From Enoplolaimus lenunculus (lineage: Eukaryota), in NCBI GenBank assembly GCA_030248215.1, contig JASANG010000641.1:186001-250000 (forward strand): a stretch of 64,000 bases of DNA, in the 5' to 3' direction. The notes under the pieces were generated by a model. That model did no database searches, was not told where the DNA came from, and saw only the letters and a list, made by a program, of their open reading frames with translations. Position 1 is the first letter of the stretch; every line of letters starts with the position of its first letter. A program made the translations under genes and the position numbers. Below, in pieces: positions 52,201-63,803 of the stretch.

Positions 52201-55200
52201 AGGGTGATTAATCTTATTTAAATTGTCTACGGTAAACATGACAAATTTTTAAACCCATTCATAACTATAAAACGAACCCATTGCAAATTTGACTCAGTAG
52301 AACTGTACAAACTGCTCGCACTTTGCATACAATGTTGAACATCGAGTTTTAAAGAAGCCTAACTATTCATTTACAATACTTCATTATCGACCCAAAATAT
52401 TTAAAGTTAAACAATACACGCAGTCCGCGGAAACTCAAAAACAACTGTCCACATTCTATAACTCATAGTCGTAAAACGCGGTTTTCACACCATAACACAT
52501 TACAGTCATTTTCACCATGAATACAACATAAAAATCAACTGTGAAATTTACACGTGTTACAGCGATGTGCACTCTGTGACCACGGTGCGACCGGATATCT
52601 CGATTCAGTATAATATACGTCGAAAACTGATACCAATATCCGGTTCCAGCATCCAGTATAAACCTACCCGATATCGGATATCTACGGCTGTGGTGCCAAA
52701 TGTCATAAAACTATTCTTCACAAGCGGAGAAGCTCTAGTTCTTCCACACTGAAGTTAAATTCACAAACCCAAGCTAGCAACAGGGTGCAACCGGAATTAC
52801 AATTTACCGGAACCGGAACCGGAATTTGAAAATTTGGCCGGAACCGGAACCGGAAAGTGAAAAATGGATTTCACCAAAAATTTCATTTTCATCTTATTTT
52901 TTGCTCTATTATTTGTGAAATAACCTTAGTCGAACATAGGTATATATTTTATTTGTTGTATTTTAGATTTTCATCATCGACTGAAGTGAAATCCACCATC
53001 AATGGCTTATATTCGGAGTACAAGTGGCTTTCAAAAGAGATTCCTAAAAATTAGCAAAGTTAAGAAAACGGCCAAATTATAATACCGGAATTTTTAAATC
53101 CGGTAAAAATTTACCGGAACCGGAACCGGAAGGTGAAAAAAATGCCGGAACCGGAACCGGAATTCCGGTTGCACCCTGGCTAGCAATGAGTTTAAATTTA
53201 GCAAACGTATACCTTTGTGCGACTCAAAAAGATGTTATATCCAGTTAATTTCCGGTTCCGGTACAAACTTTATCGCCCGGCTTCGGCAACTTAATATGCG
53301 GTCGAACCCTGTTTGTGACATACGTTTCTACAATAGCATTCGTATGAACAGAAGCTAATTTGGCAGTTTTGTCTAAAGACACAGTGAGCAGCATGCCGTG
53401 GTCGCTTGGATTAAACGCGACATCTCGTATTGTTGATTTGTGCAAAGGAACAATCTCAGACGTCGACGGTAAGTTTGTGTTGAAGTGAACCTGTTGAATT
53501 ATTGCACATACAATAATTTTTCTTAAGTGTGACGTATTAGAACATGGTGGCCGCTGTTTTTTAAACATGAAATTTGAGGAATTTTTGGCAAGCTTGACGA
53601 ATTTTTCGTCACAATTTAAGAAATTGTTGCATGCTTTGAAACTGTTCAGCTTCACCATATATTGTTTTCGCACTCTGTATTGATACGGTTCGCTTCGAAA
53701 ACAAACTAAGCGACCCGGGGACTGACCTTTAAATGCATCATTACAATTGTCCGATATTTAATACTGAAAAGTTTAACATAACTTTATATTAAAGTACTAC
53801 TAATTACGAGCAAAATAACATTTTTTGTTTCGCAGTAACTTTTGTTCCAAGTGACAGAACTAAGTATTCCAACAAACACAGTTGGATTAAAAGAAAGCAA
53901 ATAGTTAGCACATCCACCGTTTATTCGACCCTGGACCGGGTTTGGAAGGGCCGAAGCGGTGAACGGACCGAACCGCTAAAAGATTCCCAACCGATGCGGT
54001 ATCGAAAGGACGCACAGGCGCAGTTCCATGCCGCATGGTGACCGTTGCCTTTTACACCGTATGTGCTACCCACTTCCTTTTGCAATTCATACATAAATAT
54101 ATATGTGTAACTATAATATATTCCATATAGTGAAACATTCTGCGTAAAGCGCAAACTTTTTTAAATCTCTTCCAAAAGTTAGAATATTGTGTCATTAACG
54201 AAACTTTGAAAAATACGTTTGAATTTTGAAGAGGACATTTGAGAAAATGGCCACATTTGGAGAAATGACGCAAACGATAACGTATGGCAAATTTCGAAAT
54301 TGCTACTCGCTAAAACAATTTAGTAATTAATTTTTTCGCTGTTAAGGTACGTAACGCGATAATTTTTGCTTTTCGACAAGCGTTTCTAACCAAATTTGGA
54401 TTGGCTTCACCCTAAACAATGATTTATTGCCCATATAAGTTGATAAAGAAAACCTAATGACACGAAATACAATTTTCAAATTTAGTTGGTCGTTTCTTTT
54501 TACAGTTAGTTCTGGTTTTCGTTTAGTATACCGAGACTCAAAAAATGAGACGCCCTGAAAACCGAAATTACATAGATAGTAATTACTGAAGAATACACTT
54601 ATTCCACTCAACAAAATATCACAGTGCATCATCACAAACCAAGCGAGTTACGTTCTCATCACACTTAATTACCTTTCTCACTCCGGCAGTGCACCCAAAC
54701 ACAGCGCTTGATACAGGTTGAGTAACAACCAAGAGGCTGCCGGGATCGCTGTACGCCATACATCTACAGTGTTCGTTAGATTGTGGAGCCAGCTCAATTT
54801 CTTTGACAGGCACAAAAAACAAGCTGTCATCACCTGCAGCAGGTTCCAATATTAGGGGTTCTTCTGGCATAATACCAGATCGATCACGAATTGCTCTCAA
54901 AGGTAACCTGCGTAATTCAATAGCTGCCACTCGCGAAGTTGACGGCTGTTGCGTCGGTGAAATAATCATTACCTCGCGGTCTTCGGTACTGGTGTTACCC
55001 GAGTCATCTACTAAAGAAGGCGACTGTGCACGACGTCTACAACATTACAAAACAAAAGCACATGTTTTCGTGAACCCACACAGCGACGACTGGGATTGCC
55101 TAGAAACTGGGAGACTTGAAATGCAGTAGAAAGAAGTAAGCCGAAGCCGTTTTCGAACCTTGACAGCGAAAACCGTCTACTTACGTTCGCTAAGTTTGCT

Positions 55201-58200
55201 AAAAATAGCTCAGTCTGTTCAAACTCAAATTAAAAAACACAAACCCATGTTTCCTAACCTAATTGAATTTGGCTTTCTAAAAACTAATCCATATCAGATT
55301 TTCCGAATGGCTTGGATAACACAAGCCAAACAGGACAGAAACCGGGGGCTGACAATACCCTTGACTTAACGGTGCCTAACAGGTGCCAAAATTTTCATAA
55401 GATCTTCATGTAATTAAATGCAAATTTTTTAACAAACCATGCTTGCCTAGCAAGAAACAACTATTTCGCCAAACAAAGTATATTCATGCATAATAAACAC
55501 ACCGCCCATGTAGAACATGGGATAACTTTTTCAATCAACCGTATATAAGCACTCCAAAAAATTCGAAAAGACAATATAACGAGTGTCAAATTTTAAATAA
55601 TAAAACTCACAAATCCAAATTTACTTTAATCAAACTCACTTTCGCGTATCGGAAGCGACCAGGGCCACAGGATGAGTGTTTTCCAACGTTTGAAGTCGAA
55701 ATAAATACGATTTCATAATTCGTTCTTGACTTTGTAGCTTTTGCAGTAATTCAGCGTTTTCATACTCGATGGCTAGTCGTGCCACTTTTTCAGCCTGCAT
55801 GGCAGCACGTATCGTTTCTGTTTCGGAATTGTCAACAACCTGGTAACAAAAAATAAAACCGTATTAGTGACTGGTTTAATTCAATAGAATCATTCACTCA
55901 GTGTTCCAATTGTCTTTTAAGCAATACTTATTAACAAGAGCCATACCACACAATACATAATCGTTGTACAGAAAAAATGGAAAAGAAGCAGAGACAAGCA
56001 AGCTTATTATCGTGCTTTAGGGTTCGATAAAGTACGACTACGTTAACGTATAATGTCGAAGTTTTCTGATTTTAAAACAACACTTAGATGCAAGATCATT
56101 CTGTTATTAGTACACATTGTATTTAATATTAACAAATCTGTAATTTTAAACCCCAGCACATGTGCTCAGGAAAAATGTGATGCACATCACCTTTAGTGCT
56201 TTGTCACAATAAAGTAGCCGAATCTGTGATTTATTCGCTTTTGCTTTACAAGTCGGGCACATTTTCTTTTCCACCAGCCATCGTTCAATACATCTGAGTA
56301 ACAGTCAAACAGTAAAAAATAACTGTGCTGTTTATTTAAGATAATTGAAACAACTTCCACTTCACAGCAACAAAGTTAAAGCCATAATTTCAAAAAAGCT
56401 ATATAAAACTTTTTGTTCTATGCCTACAATCTCAATTGGTTAGTGTTTTTCATTTCGCTAACCGTGATATGTTTATCAAAAGGTAGGATTTTGCTTTCAA
56501 ATCAGTACTATTGCCAAGACATCAGTATCAATATGAGAAGTTAGCAACTTGCTTACGTTTTTCCAAACATATGACCGCATTTAAGGCAACACAAGCGATG
56601 AATTCCAACGGTAGTAAATGGTTCGAAACAAATCATACAACACTGAAATAATACAGAAAATACATGGTTTTTCACATGAAAATACGGTCCCGGTCCTAAT
56701 AAGACGAAAGTTACACCGATGAAAAACGAACTAGCACGTTTTAGTGAAAATAGTTTTATATTAGAGATAGATGTCCCGGGACCAAGATTTTACCCGGGAC
56801 CGAGGCCGTGGCCAGCGCACCCATTGCGACAGCATGCACTTAGGAGTACGATACCGCTTTTATAATATCTCGTCACGCGACATGTCGATACACCCATGTT
56901 GTGAAGTTAGTATTAATGCATTTGTTATTTGTCATATCGCGTCACGCGACATGTCAATACTCCCATGTTGTGAAGTTAGTGTCCATGCATTTGTCATTTG
57001 CCATATCGCGTCACACGACATTTTGCCTATGATAATGTAACAAAATTACTGTGGTGCGTTCAGATTCCGGCTAAATTGTGCCACGGGGCATAGTTTTTCT
57101 GGTACTGTCCGTGGTGCCGTATGGCCCCGGTCCCGGAACATCCCTATTTTATATTAGCAATGTACGCTGAAATTCAACAAACCAAAATTTCGAAGGTGGA
57201 GAGCCCTAGAGCACTATTGCTAGAATTTATATATGGGTAAATTATGACTTAATAAACCTTACACGATATTAAGCGCGACGACAACACTGATACCAAGATT
57301 CCGAAGCACTCATTAAACACATAATACTAGATACATTTGTCATAATACCTAAACTTACAAAAATATCCTCGGTTCTTGAATCATTTAAAGAACGTCGAAC
57401 ATCAGAATTCGGTAGTTTGCTGCCCTCAGTTGAATTGGAAGGCGCTATTTCAATCTCCTAAAGATATTAATTTGGTTAAAAAGATATCGGTGGGTTTGTT
57501 TTAATTTAAGTGGGTTTTTTAAAATAAAATGGGTTTTTCAAATACGTTCGAAAAGGCTTAAAATGATGGACGCAACACAACGAAGGTGCAAAAATATCTT
57601 TTGTCTCAGTTTGTATTTTTGATTTAAGTTTCAGTATTAGATAAAATTGTTTTCTGTGAAAAACACTTGGAACACTTGGAAGGCTTGGTGGGTTTCTAGT
57701 GGGTATGTTTGAATTTCGAGGGTTTTTTTTAAACAAAGTGGGTGAAAACCCCCTATTTCACCTAAAAAAACCCGAGACCGATTGAGTGGAATGGGCTTCA
57801 CCTGGGGGTTGCCATGAAGCCGCAACAATTCCTATTTCTGCGATTTTCAGTGCCGGAACAGGAACAGAAACAGCATTTTGCAAGAATTTCCGCCAGAAAA
57901 GTTCGGTGGAACCCTGACAATACGTATTTTAGATGCTAAAAAGTATGCCCTCAATTTTTTCTAAAACTATAAACAGATTGTTTGTGTAACAGTGTTCGAA
58001 AACACAAAAAATATACACTGCTATTTTGGCTAGCGGTAAAACTATGTAACAACAAAAAATTATAGATTTGCAAGACAGCAAACGATTACTTTACCAGCAC
58101 GGGCGGCACAGGTTGAACAATAATGTTCGTTGAATTCGTAGAATTACCATCAATGTTGTTTTGTAAGTTACCACTTTGCACAGGAGAGTGTGGCATTTCT

Positions 58201-58247
58201 TGACTAAATATTGATCTATCTAATCCTCCTTGATGGTCAAAGCTCAT
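49298..58247 (-). CDS. RFWD3: RING finger and WD40 repeat E3 ubiquitin ligase RFWD3, 13 exons, ~664 aa
   Basis: Exons 58247-58095, 57457-57359, 56642-56557, 56293-56191, 55839-55640, 55036-54673, 53490-53324, 52129-52006, 51576-51455, 51093-51002, 50241-50150, 49879-49673 and 49483-49298 all join in phase. [42 protein letters not shown]. It is followed by a coiled coil and WD40 repeats ([38 protein letters not shown]), the RFWD3 architecture. Confidence 0.92.
50520..50935. mobile_element. hAT-like MITE family B (CCGATT repeats); further partial copies at ~38542-38900 (inverted) and ~45608-45905
   Basis: Starts CAGGGTGCAATCGGAA. Body motifs CTACTTGTTGYGA..GTTGCATAAA..AATTCTG, TGTAGTTTAACTTTAC.GAAC and CAGCCRACAGACA are shared by all three loci. 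Right ends are eroded. Confidence 0.72.
51107..51150. repeat. Perfect 22-bp tandem duplication next to an RFWD3 acceptor site
   Basis: ACCGATATTTATTAAAAATAAG x2. Confidence 0.9.
52781..53178. mobile_element. hAT-type MITE, family A (398 bp), opposite orientation, in an RFWD3 intron
   Basis: Same TIRs; perfect TSD GCTAGCAA (52773-52780, 53179-53186); near-identical to the reverse complement of 2534-2930. Confidence 0.93.
56762..57146. mobile_element. hAT-type MITE, TAG ends (GGGACC repeats), with an internal ~69-bp tandem duplication
   Basis: TAGAGATAGATGTCCCGGGACC / GGTCCCGGAACATCCCTA; perfect TSD TTTTATAT; internal unit ATATCNCGTCACGCGACATGTC...CCCATGTTGTGAAGTTAGT present twice plus a partial third copy. 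Confidence 0.82.
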
Positions 58248-60688
58248 AGTAGAAAACTCAAAAATTATATACTTCACTGCCTTCCAGCTCTATAATTAAA
58301 AACTGAAATTAAAATTTCACAAAACTAAAGAAAGAAAGTAATTGAAGCATGGACATATATTTTAGCATGTACAATAAACAGTGAAATTGTTAACATGCAA
58401 CAAAATAGATTTTCTACCATGCTGTACCCCCGAGCAATAAACCACTATAGGATGATGATCCATGCTATGCATTTAAGGACGTACTTCGTATAACGATAAC
58501 CTTATACTTATATTTTATCAATATAACCGTGTTTATATTTCCCGTAAACAATGCCGTTCTTTAGTAAATTCTTGAAACCGGCCGTGCCGTTGGTGAAGGG
58601 CAACTACGCTAACATCATAGATCTGAAACACACACAAGCCATGCACATGAAAATCCGACAGGATACAGATATATAAGCATAGATCGTGCGATATGATGTG
58701 TAAAATGCCGCAGTTTCATCGATAGAGGTTCTGCTACTTAGCCGACTGATTTGTCAGAAGGAATAGAATTCGGACAAGGCATGACGCCTAGTCTGCCTCG
58801 CCTAGCTTAAAGTTCGAACAGTTGGTACCTAACATGAAATGCTAAATACACATACACTGCAGTAATGTTTGAGCATTATAGTTGAAACTACATAGTCTGC
58901 ACATGTAACCTGGTCGGCTAGTTAAGATGTATTTTTTGCCGAACCGTTGAGGGTTAACGTATAAACCTTTAAAAGTTTACGACCTAGCTATAAAATTATT
59001 TGATTTTGCTTCTTTGAAAGGTGCATATGTTGCAATTTAGGGCCGGTCTCATCCCGACTGTCCCGGCTAACACACAGAAAACATAAGTTCAATTTGGATC
59101 CGCGAGCCTAGCTGTCCGAGAAAAAACAGGCCGAAACTGCAACTCCCTCGCAACACAATTATGGGTTCCGGAGGTTTAAGCAAATTGATTACTGTGTAAA
59201 GTTAAAGTGTTATTTTCCTTCTTAAATTTTCCCAACAAAATTGATACTATTTCAAGTATGCCTTCAAGATCTGAATTTGCACACTGTTGGAAGTATAGTG
59301 TCGTGCAGAAATATGTATATATCTTTTATTCCATGTCTTGTGTCTCTTCTATAATTGTCTGGAATTACAGTCGCTGCAAAATATCTAGTATTTTGATGTG
59401 TGTAAAACAGTTTAATATGAAATTTAAAACACAACCACTAATATTCGGTTTCGATAGGTTTATACCGGAACGGGATTCGAATGAAGGTTTTGCCAGATAT
59501 TAATAGCCGGAATCGGATATCCGGTCAATCCCTGCTAGGAATATATACCTGCAGAATCTTTCACAAACTCATTTTGATTGCGTTGATAGTTTAATGCGAA
59601 TAACCTAGCTTTGTAAACATCTCTTTTGTATCTCATAATGCCCGGAGTAAAAAAATTAAACCAGTGTCATTTTTCCTGAAGGAAAATTACGCTTTGGCTG
59701 CTGTATTTTCCACTGGGGGAAAATTGACAACGGTGTAATTTTTGCGGGGGGGGGATTGCGATTGCAGGTGGTAAAAATTAAGACGTACTCCATGGGAAGA
59801 AAGCGTTAAGATCACGTCACAAACAGGTCACTACATAGCTAGTGGTCGTTTTTTGTGTTTTGATAAAACTACATAGTTTTCAATAGCTGCCTAGGCACGG
59901 CATCTCCTTCGCGCTACTAAACCCCTCAATTGTCAAAAAAGCGATACAGATCGAGACTAAGACTGAGACCCAACCTACCGAGGCCGAGTCACTATACCCT
60001 TCGAAAAGGTTCGGGACAAATCCCACAGCTATAGGGTTTTTGATCCCGGGCAAACCGAACAGACTACACAATTTTTTAACATTGCGTAGACGTTATTAAT
60101 GCGGATGACCCATATGTTTACACGATGCTATAAATGTTTAAAATGCTAAAATGCAACTATTTGTGCTTTGTCATAATAAAATCAAAGTGTTTTGTGTTTC
60201 CTTTCAAAAAGTAGAATTTTGGGTATCGTAGGGGTCATTCTCTTTCTCAAATCGCAGTATAACCAGGTAGCAGTGCTCCACAATGGTTCGCTGTCTGTTG
60301 AAAGGCGAAATGAGCAGGTACTTCCGGGCCGAAGTTACGATCCAAGGGAAATTTTTGTGATTGCTTATCGTTTTTTCACCTCTTTGGTCACGGGGTTTGC
60401 AAATCACTGAGACTGACAAAAGGCGAAACCGAAACCAGCCAAATCCCGCGACTTGTTGAGACCCAGACCGAGACCAGCCAAATTTCGCGACTTGCCGAGA
60501 CCTAGACCGCTCATTCCTGCCCCCTGGGACCTTTGGAGGGCCGACTGTAAGGTTGCGCCGTCTTACGAGCAATGTATGTAAGTAAGTGTTATTGTTAGTG
60601 CGTGTCAGAACTGCACGGTCGGGACGACCCCTTTCCGCGAAGTAGTGCGAATATAATTGGTTTTTCCCTTAATTTCTCCGAAAGATAT

Positions 60689-60760
60689 TTCCACGCGTGG
60701 AATCGAACCTCGGACCTCTCGCTCGTGAGACAAGCGCGTTACCCATTACACCATGCGGCC
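60689..60760 (-). pseudogene. tRNA-like sequence (anticodon position CAC), tRNA pseudogene or SINE head
   Basis: GGCCGCATGGTGTAATGGGTAACGCGCTTGTCTCACGAGCGAGAGGTCCGAGGTTCGATTCCACGCGTGG: A box, D arm, anticodon arm and B box present; T and acceptor stems have mismatches. Confidence 0.75.
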
Positions 60761-61032
60761 GATATCAGAATGTCCTCTGGTGCCATATGCGCACAAGGAT
60801 GTATGTGCCTTAACCCCATTCTGCGCATATACAAGCTACACCGCTATACTCACATTGTCCTTTAGGCGGTCGCCCCGGACCGCGAATCCAAACTTCTCCG
60901 AATCCATGAGCCTGCAATTTACAGCGCCCGTCTCGGTGAGACTTCCATGTCAGAACTGCACGGTCGGGACGACCTTTTTCCCCGAAGTAGTGCGAATATA
61001 ATTGGTTTTCCCCTTAATTTCTCCGAAAGATA

Positions 61033-61104
61033 TGACCACGCTGGAATCGAACCTCAGACCTCACGCCTGCGAGACAAGCGCGCTACCCATTACACCACGC
61101 GGCC
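61033..61104 (-). pseudogene. tRNA-like sequence (anticodon position CGC), paralogue of the preceding copy
   Basis: GGCCGCGTGGTGTAATGGGTAGCGCGCTTGTCTCGCAGGCGTGAGGTCTGAGGTTCGATTCCAGCGTGGTCA: 7-bp acceptor stem with G:U pairs, imperfect T and anticodon stems. Confidence 0.75.
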
Positions 61105-61218
61105 GATATCAGAATTTCCTCTGGTGCCATATGCACACAAGGATGTATGTGTCTTAACCCCACTCTGCGCATACACAAGCTATACCGCTATACTCACGGT
61201 GCGAAGTAGTTAAACTAT

Positions 61219-61292
61219 TGACTACGGTTGGATTAGAACCAGCGACCTTTGGCTAACCGGGCCAACGCTCACATCAACTGAGCTATCGCGGC
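61219..61292 (-). pseudogene. tRNA-like sequence of a different type (anticodon position GGT)
   Basis: GCCGCGATAGCTCAGTTGATGTGAGCGTTGGCCCGGTTAGCCAAAGGTCGCTGGTTCTAATCCAACCGTAGTCA: GCTC/GAGC D stem, perfect TTGGC/GCCAA anticodon stem, B box GGTTCTAATCC, weak acceptor stem. Confidence 0.7.
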
Positions 61293-61927
61293 ACTGCTTT
61301 AACTATTTGTGCTAGTTATTAGATGGTTGTTTACTACGTTTTTAACATAGCGTGACGCGTGACGTCATAAATGCGGATGACCCATTATTTTTTAAATGAC
61401 GCCTTAAACTTTTAAACGCGAAAATGGAATTATTTGCGCTTTATCACAGTAAAATCAGTGTTTTGGGTATTTTCAAAAGTAGGAGGGGTCATTCGGTTTC
61501 TCAAATCGCTGTATAGCCAGGTATCGGTGCTCCACAACAGTACAATTCTTTATTTTCTCACGGTTAGCTGTATATACACACTACACAGTATATATTTCGC
61601 ACTGTTAGCCACCATATACGCATATCGTAGCTCATGTTGATAGTTGTCTTCGCGTGTTGTAACTTGGCCCTGATTAGTGACCTAGGCACCGGGGCCTTCC
61701 GGTAAATATCCAGGCCCTGGGCCAACCATAACGTAGATGCCTAATTATTTTTATGAAAGCCACTTCACAGATTTACGTAGATAAAGTACAGCACTCAACT
61801 ATTTATATTTCCTGAAGTTACTAACTAAACTTCTTACAGAATTCAAGATGTATAATATGTTTGGATAACTATATGCGCTTGTTTATATGTGACATATATT
61901 ACGTATATACAGCGTTAAACGGTAGTC

Positions 61928-63803
61928 ATGTGGGCATTTTTCACCGTTTCCGTCATCGTGACATCAGTCAGCTGCATGCGCAATCCATTGAATAAACCAC
62001 AGGCTAATGATATGAGTTTTTCCAATGAGTACGACGACAACTATGATGCCAATGTTCCTTTTTCTCGCAGAACTAGCAGATTGTCTGACAGAATTTGCGA
62101 GTTCTACATTTCACGTGATCTGCCTGATAATTTTGACGTAAGTTCTACAGATTATTTCCATTAAGGTTATTGCACAAACAATAACGACTATCTGAAGTCA
62201 ACAATAGTCGGTATGTCGTTTATTTGTACAAATGTCAAATACCTCTATTGCACAAACAATAACGACTATCTTAAGTCAGCGGTAGTCTGTATGTCATTTA
62301 TTTGTATAATTGTCAAGTACATCTATGTAACTATGATATCTAGCATCTTAACATGAGATATCCGGCAAAATAGTCAGTTAATCGGATAATGTATTTTATC
62401 AACGCCCATCTCTTCAGTACGTAGTAACCACAATTTTTACGTATTATTTTAGGTCAGAAATGGTTTTTTAAATTCGGGCAAGTTGGTATCATGCCCTATA
62501 ACGCAAGATTCTGTCTCTAATCGGAGTGGAAGTGTCACTAACCAAGACGAAGGAGCGCGCATGTGTCACCAATGTTATACAAGCAGAGAGCATTGCGTTA
62601 CTTTTTGGACTATGGATACGGATACAAATGAAACTACTCCAATGATGAAAGGTTTGTTTGTAGTACACGTTTCTGGCATCCGCAGAGAAGAATTAAATAT
62701 TATTAGGGTTGCAAGAAATCTAATTTCAGCAATAAGTGTTATTTTGGTGCAAGGAATCTAAATAAATTGTCTAAAAACCTCTAAAACTATAAGTGAATAG
62801 TTAGCTAATAGCTAATTTGCATATTAGCATAATTGATAAGCCTACATTAGGACTTTTTGCAATATTTCATTATTGATTAGTGTTACTGAAGGGTTTTGGA
62901 TGCGTGGAATCTGAATAACTTGTTTACAAAGCTCCAGAATCGATAAATGAATAATTAGCTAATACGTAAGTAATTGGTGTATTAGCTTACTTGCTTTTGT
63001 GTGTTCGAGCTTCGCTCAATAATTGTAGTCCCGCTACGACTGGTAGAATAAGTTGGTTTTACAGGTTGTTGGCAAGGTACACGAGAATGCGAAGATACCC
63101 AATGCATTGCTGATACAATTTCCAGCCATCCACAACTTGGCATTAATAATACATGTTTTTGCTGCTGCACTGGCGTAGTATGCAATGGAAATTACAGCTA
63201 CATACCTAAACCGCTCGAACCAGTTGAAGGTTAGAAACTTTTTTGTCTCACAACTGAGTATTATCACTTCACTTTGGTACCCTGGTTAACGAATGATTAT
63301 TGTTACGGTAGTAAACAGCATCCAAAAAGTATATCGTATATGAAGCACGTGTTCACGCTTTGTTTGTTTATTTATGCTGCACAATTTCCTGCTGTTATAG
63401 AATCAACGTACGTATGGTGATTAGAATACAGTGTGGGTTTGTTTGTGTCTAGGCCTCGCTAAGACCCCAAACATGGCCACAAACGTATAATTCATCTAAA
63501 CCCCAGTTGCACCGCAAAAGCGTTTTGTAATATGCCGGAGTCACAAAAATGTCTGAAGGGTTTTTATATATATTTTCTTGTTTCATTCTAGAACAAATCG
63601 ATCAGGAGAGGATGCCGACAGCAGATATTGTGTTGATTACAGCTTGTTGCGCTATTGTTCTTACGGCTTTTGCTTTTGTGGTATATGTTGCGATAAAGCG
63701 CCCTGCTTGGTTGTGTGATGAACGTATCGACGGACGAAGTAGTGGCAGTAAACCGGATCTTGTGGCAGGGAGATTGGTGCTCACTGGCAGTGGTGTTGAT
63801 GAG
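61928..63803 (+). CDS. Type II activin/BMP-family (TGF-beta superfamily) receptor, 5' portion: signal peptide, three-finger ectodomain, transmembrane helix; kinase presumably beyond the window
   Basis: In-phase exons 61928-62137, 62453-62651, 63065-63229 and 63592-63803. Signal peptide MWAFFTVSVIVTSVSC. Ectodomain CVTFW...MKGCW..EC....C...FCCCTGVVCNGNYSYIP matches the ACVR2/BMPR2 pattern (KQGCW...FCCC.G..CN..F). TM segment IVLITACCAIVLTAFAFVVYVAI. A GT donor follows at 63804. ACVR2 versus BMPR2 cannot be resolved without the kinase domain. Confidence 0.82.
62168..62326. repeat. Tandem 78-bp duplication, each unit a hairpin, in receptor intron 1
   Basis: TATTGCACAAACAATAACGACTATCT starts both units (62168, 62246); ACGACTAT pairs with ATAGTCG and TTGCACAAA with TTTGTACAA. 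Confidence 0.85.

Larger units (their letters stand above)
60603..61197. repeat. Two ~250-bp direct repeats (60603-60853, 60948-61197), each containing a tRNA-like core
   Basis: Both run from TGTCAGAACTGCACGGTCGGGACGACC to CCGCTATACTCAC with scattered substitutions, separated by a 94-bp spacer. Confidence 0.93.
60072..61537. repeat. Diverged ~200-210-bp direct repeats (60072-60283, 61339-61537) bracketing the tRNA-like cluster
   Basis: Shared motifs TTTTTAACAT, AATGCGGATGACCCAT, AGGGGTCATTC, TTTCTCAAATCGC.GTATA.CCAGGTA and GTGCTCCACAA in the same order. Confidence 0.85.

Noticed and set aside
52857..53054. Duplicated 65-aa ORF (also 2657-2854) that looks like a small gene family
   Set aside because: Both copies lie inside family A MITEs, use non-ATG starts and show no transposase motif.
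60603..61197. CRISPR-like repeat-spacer array
   Set aside because: Only two ~250-bp units, eukaryotic context and no cas genes.
60689..61292. Functional tRNA-Val/Ala/Thr genes
   Set aside because: The T or acceptor stems are mismatched, near-identical copies carry different anticodons, the GGT anticodon is atypical, and there is no clear oligo-T terminator. They are treated as tRNA-derived.
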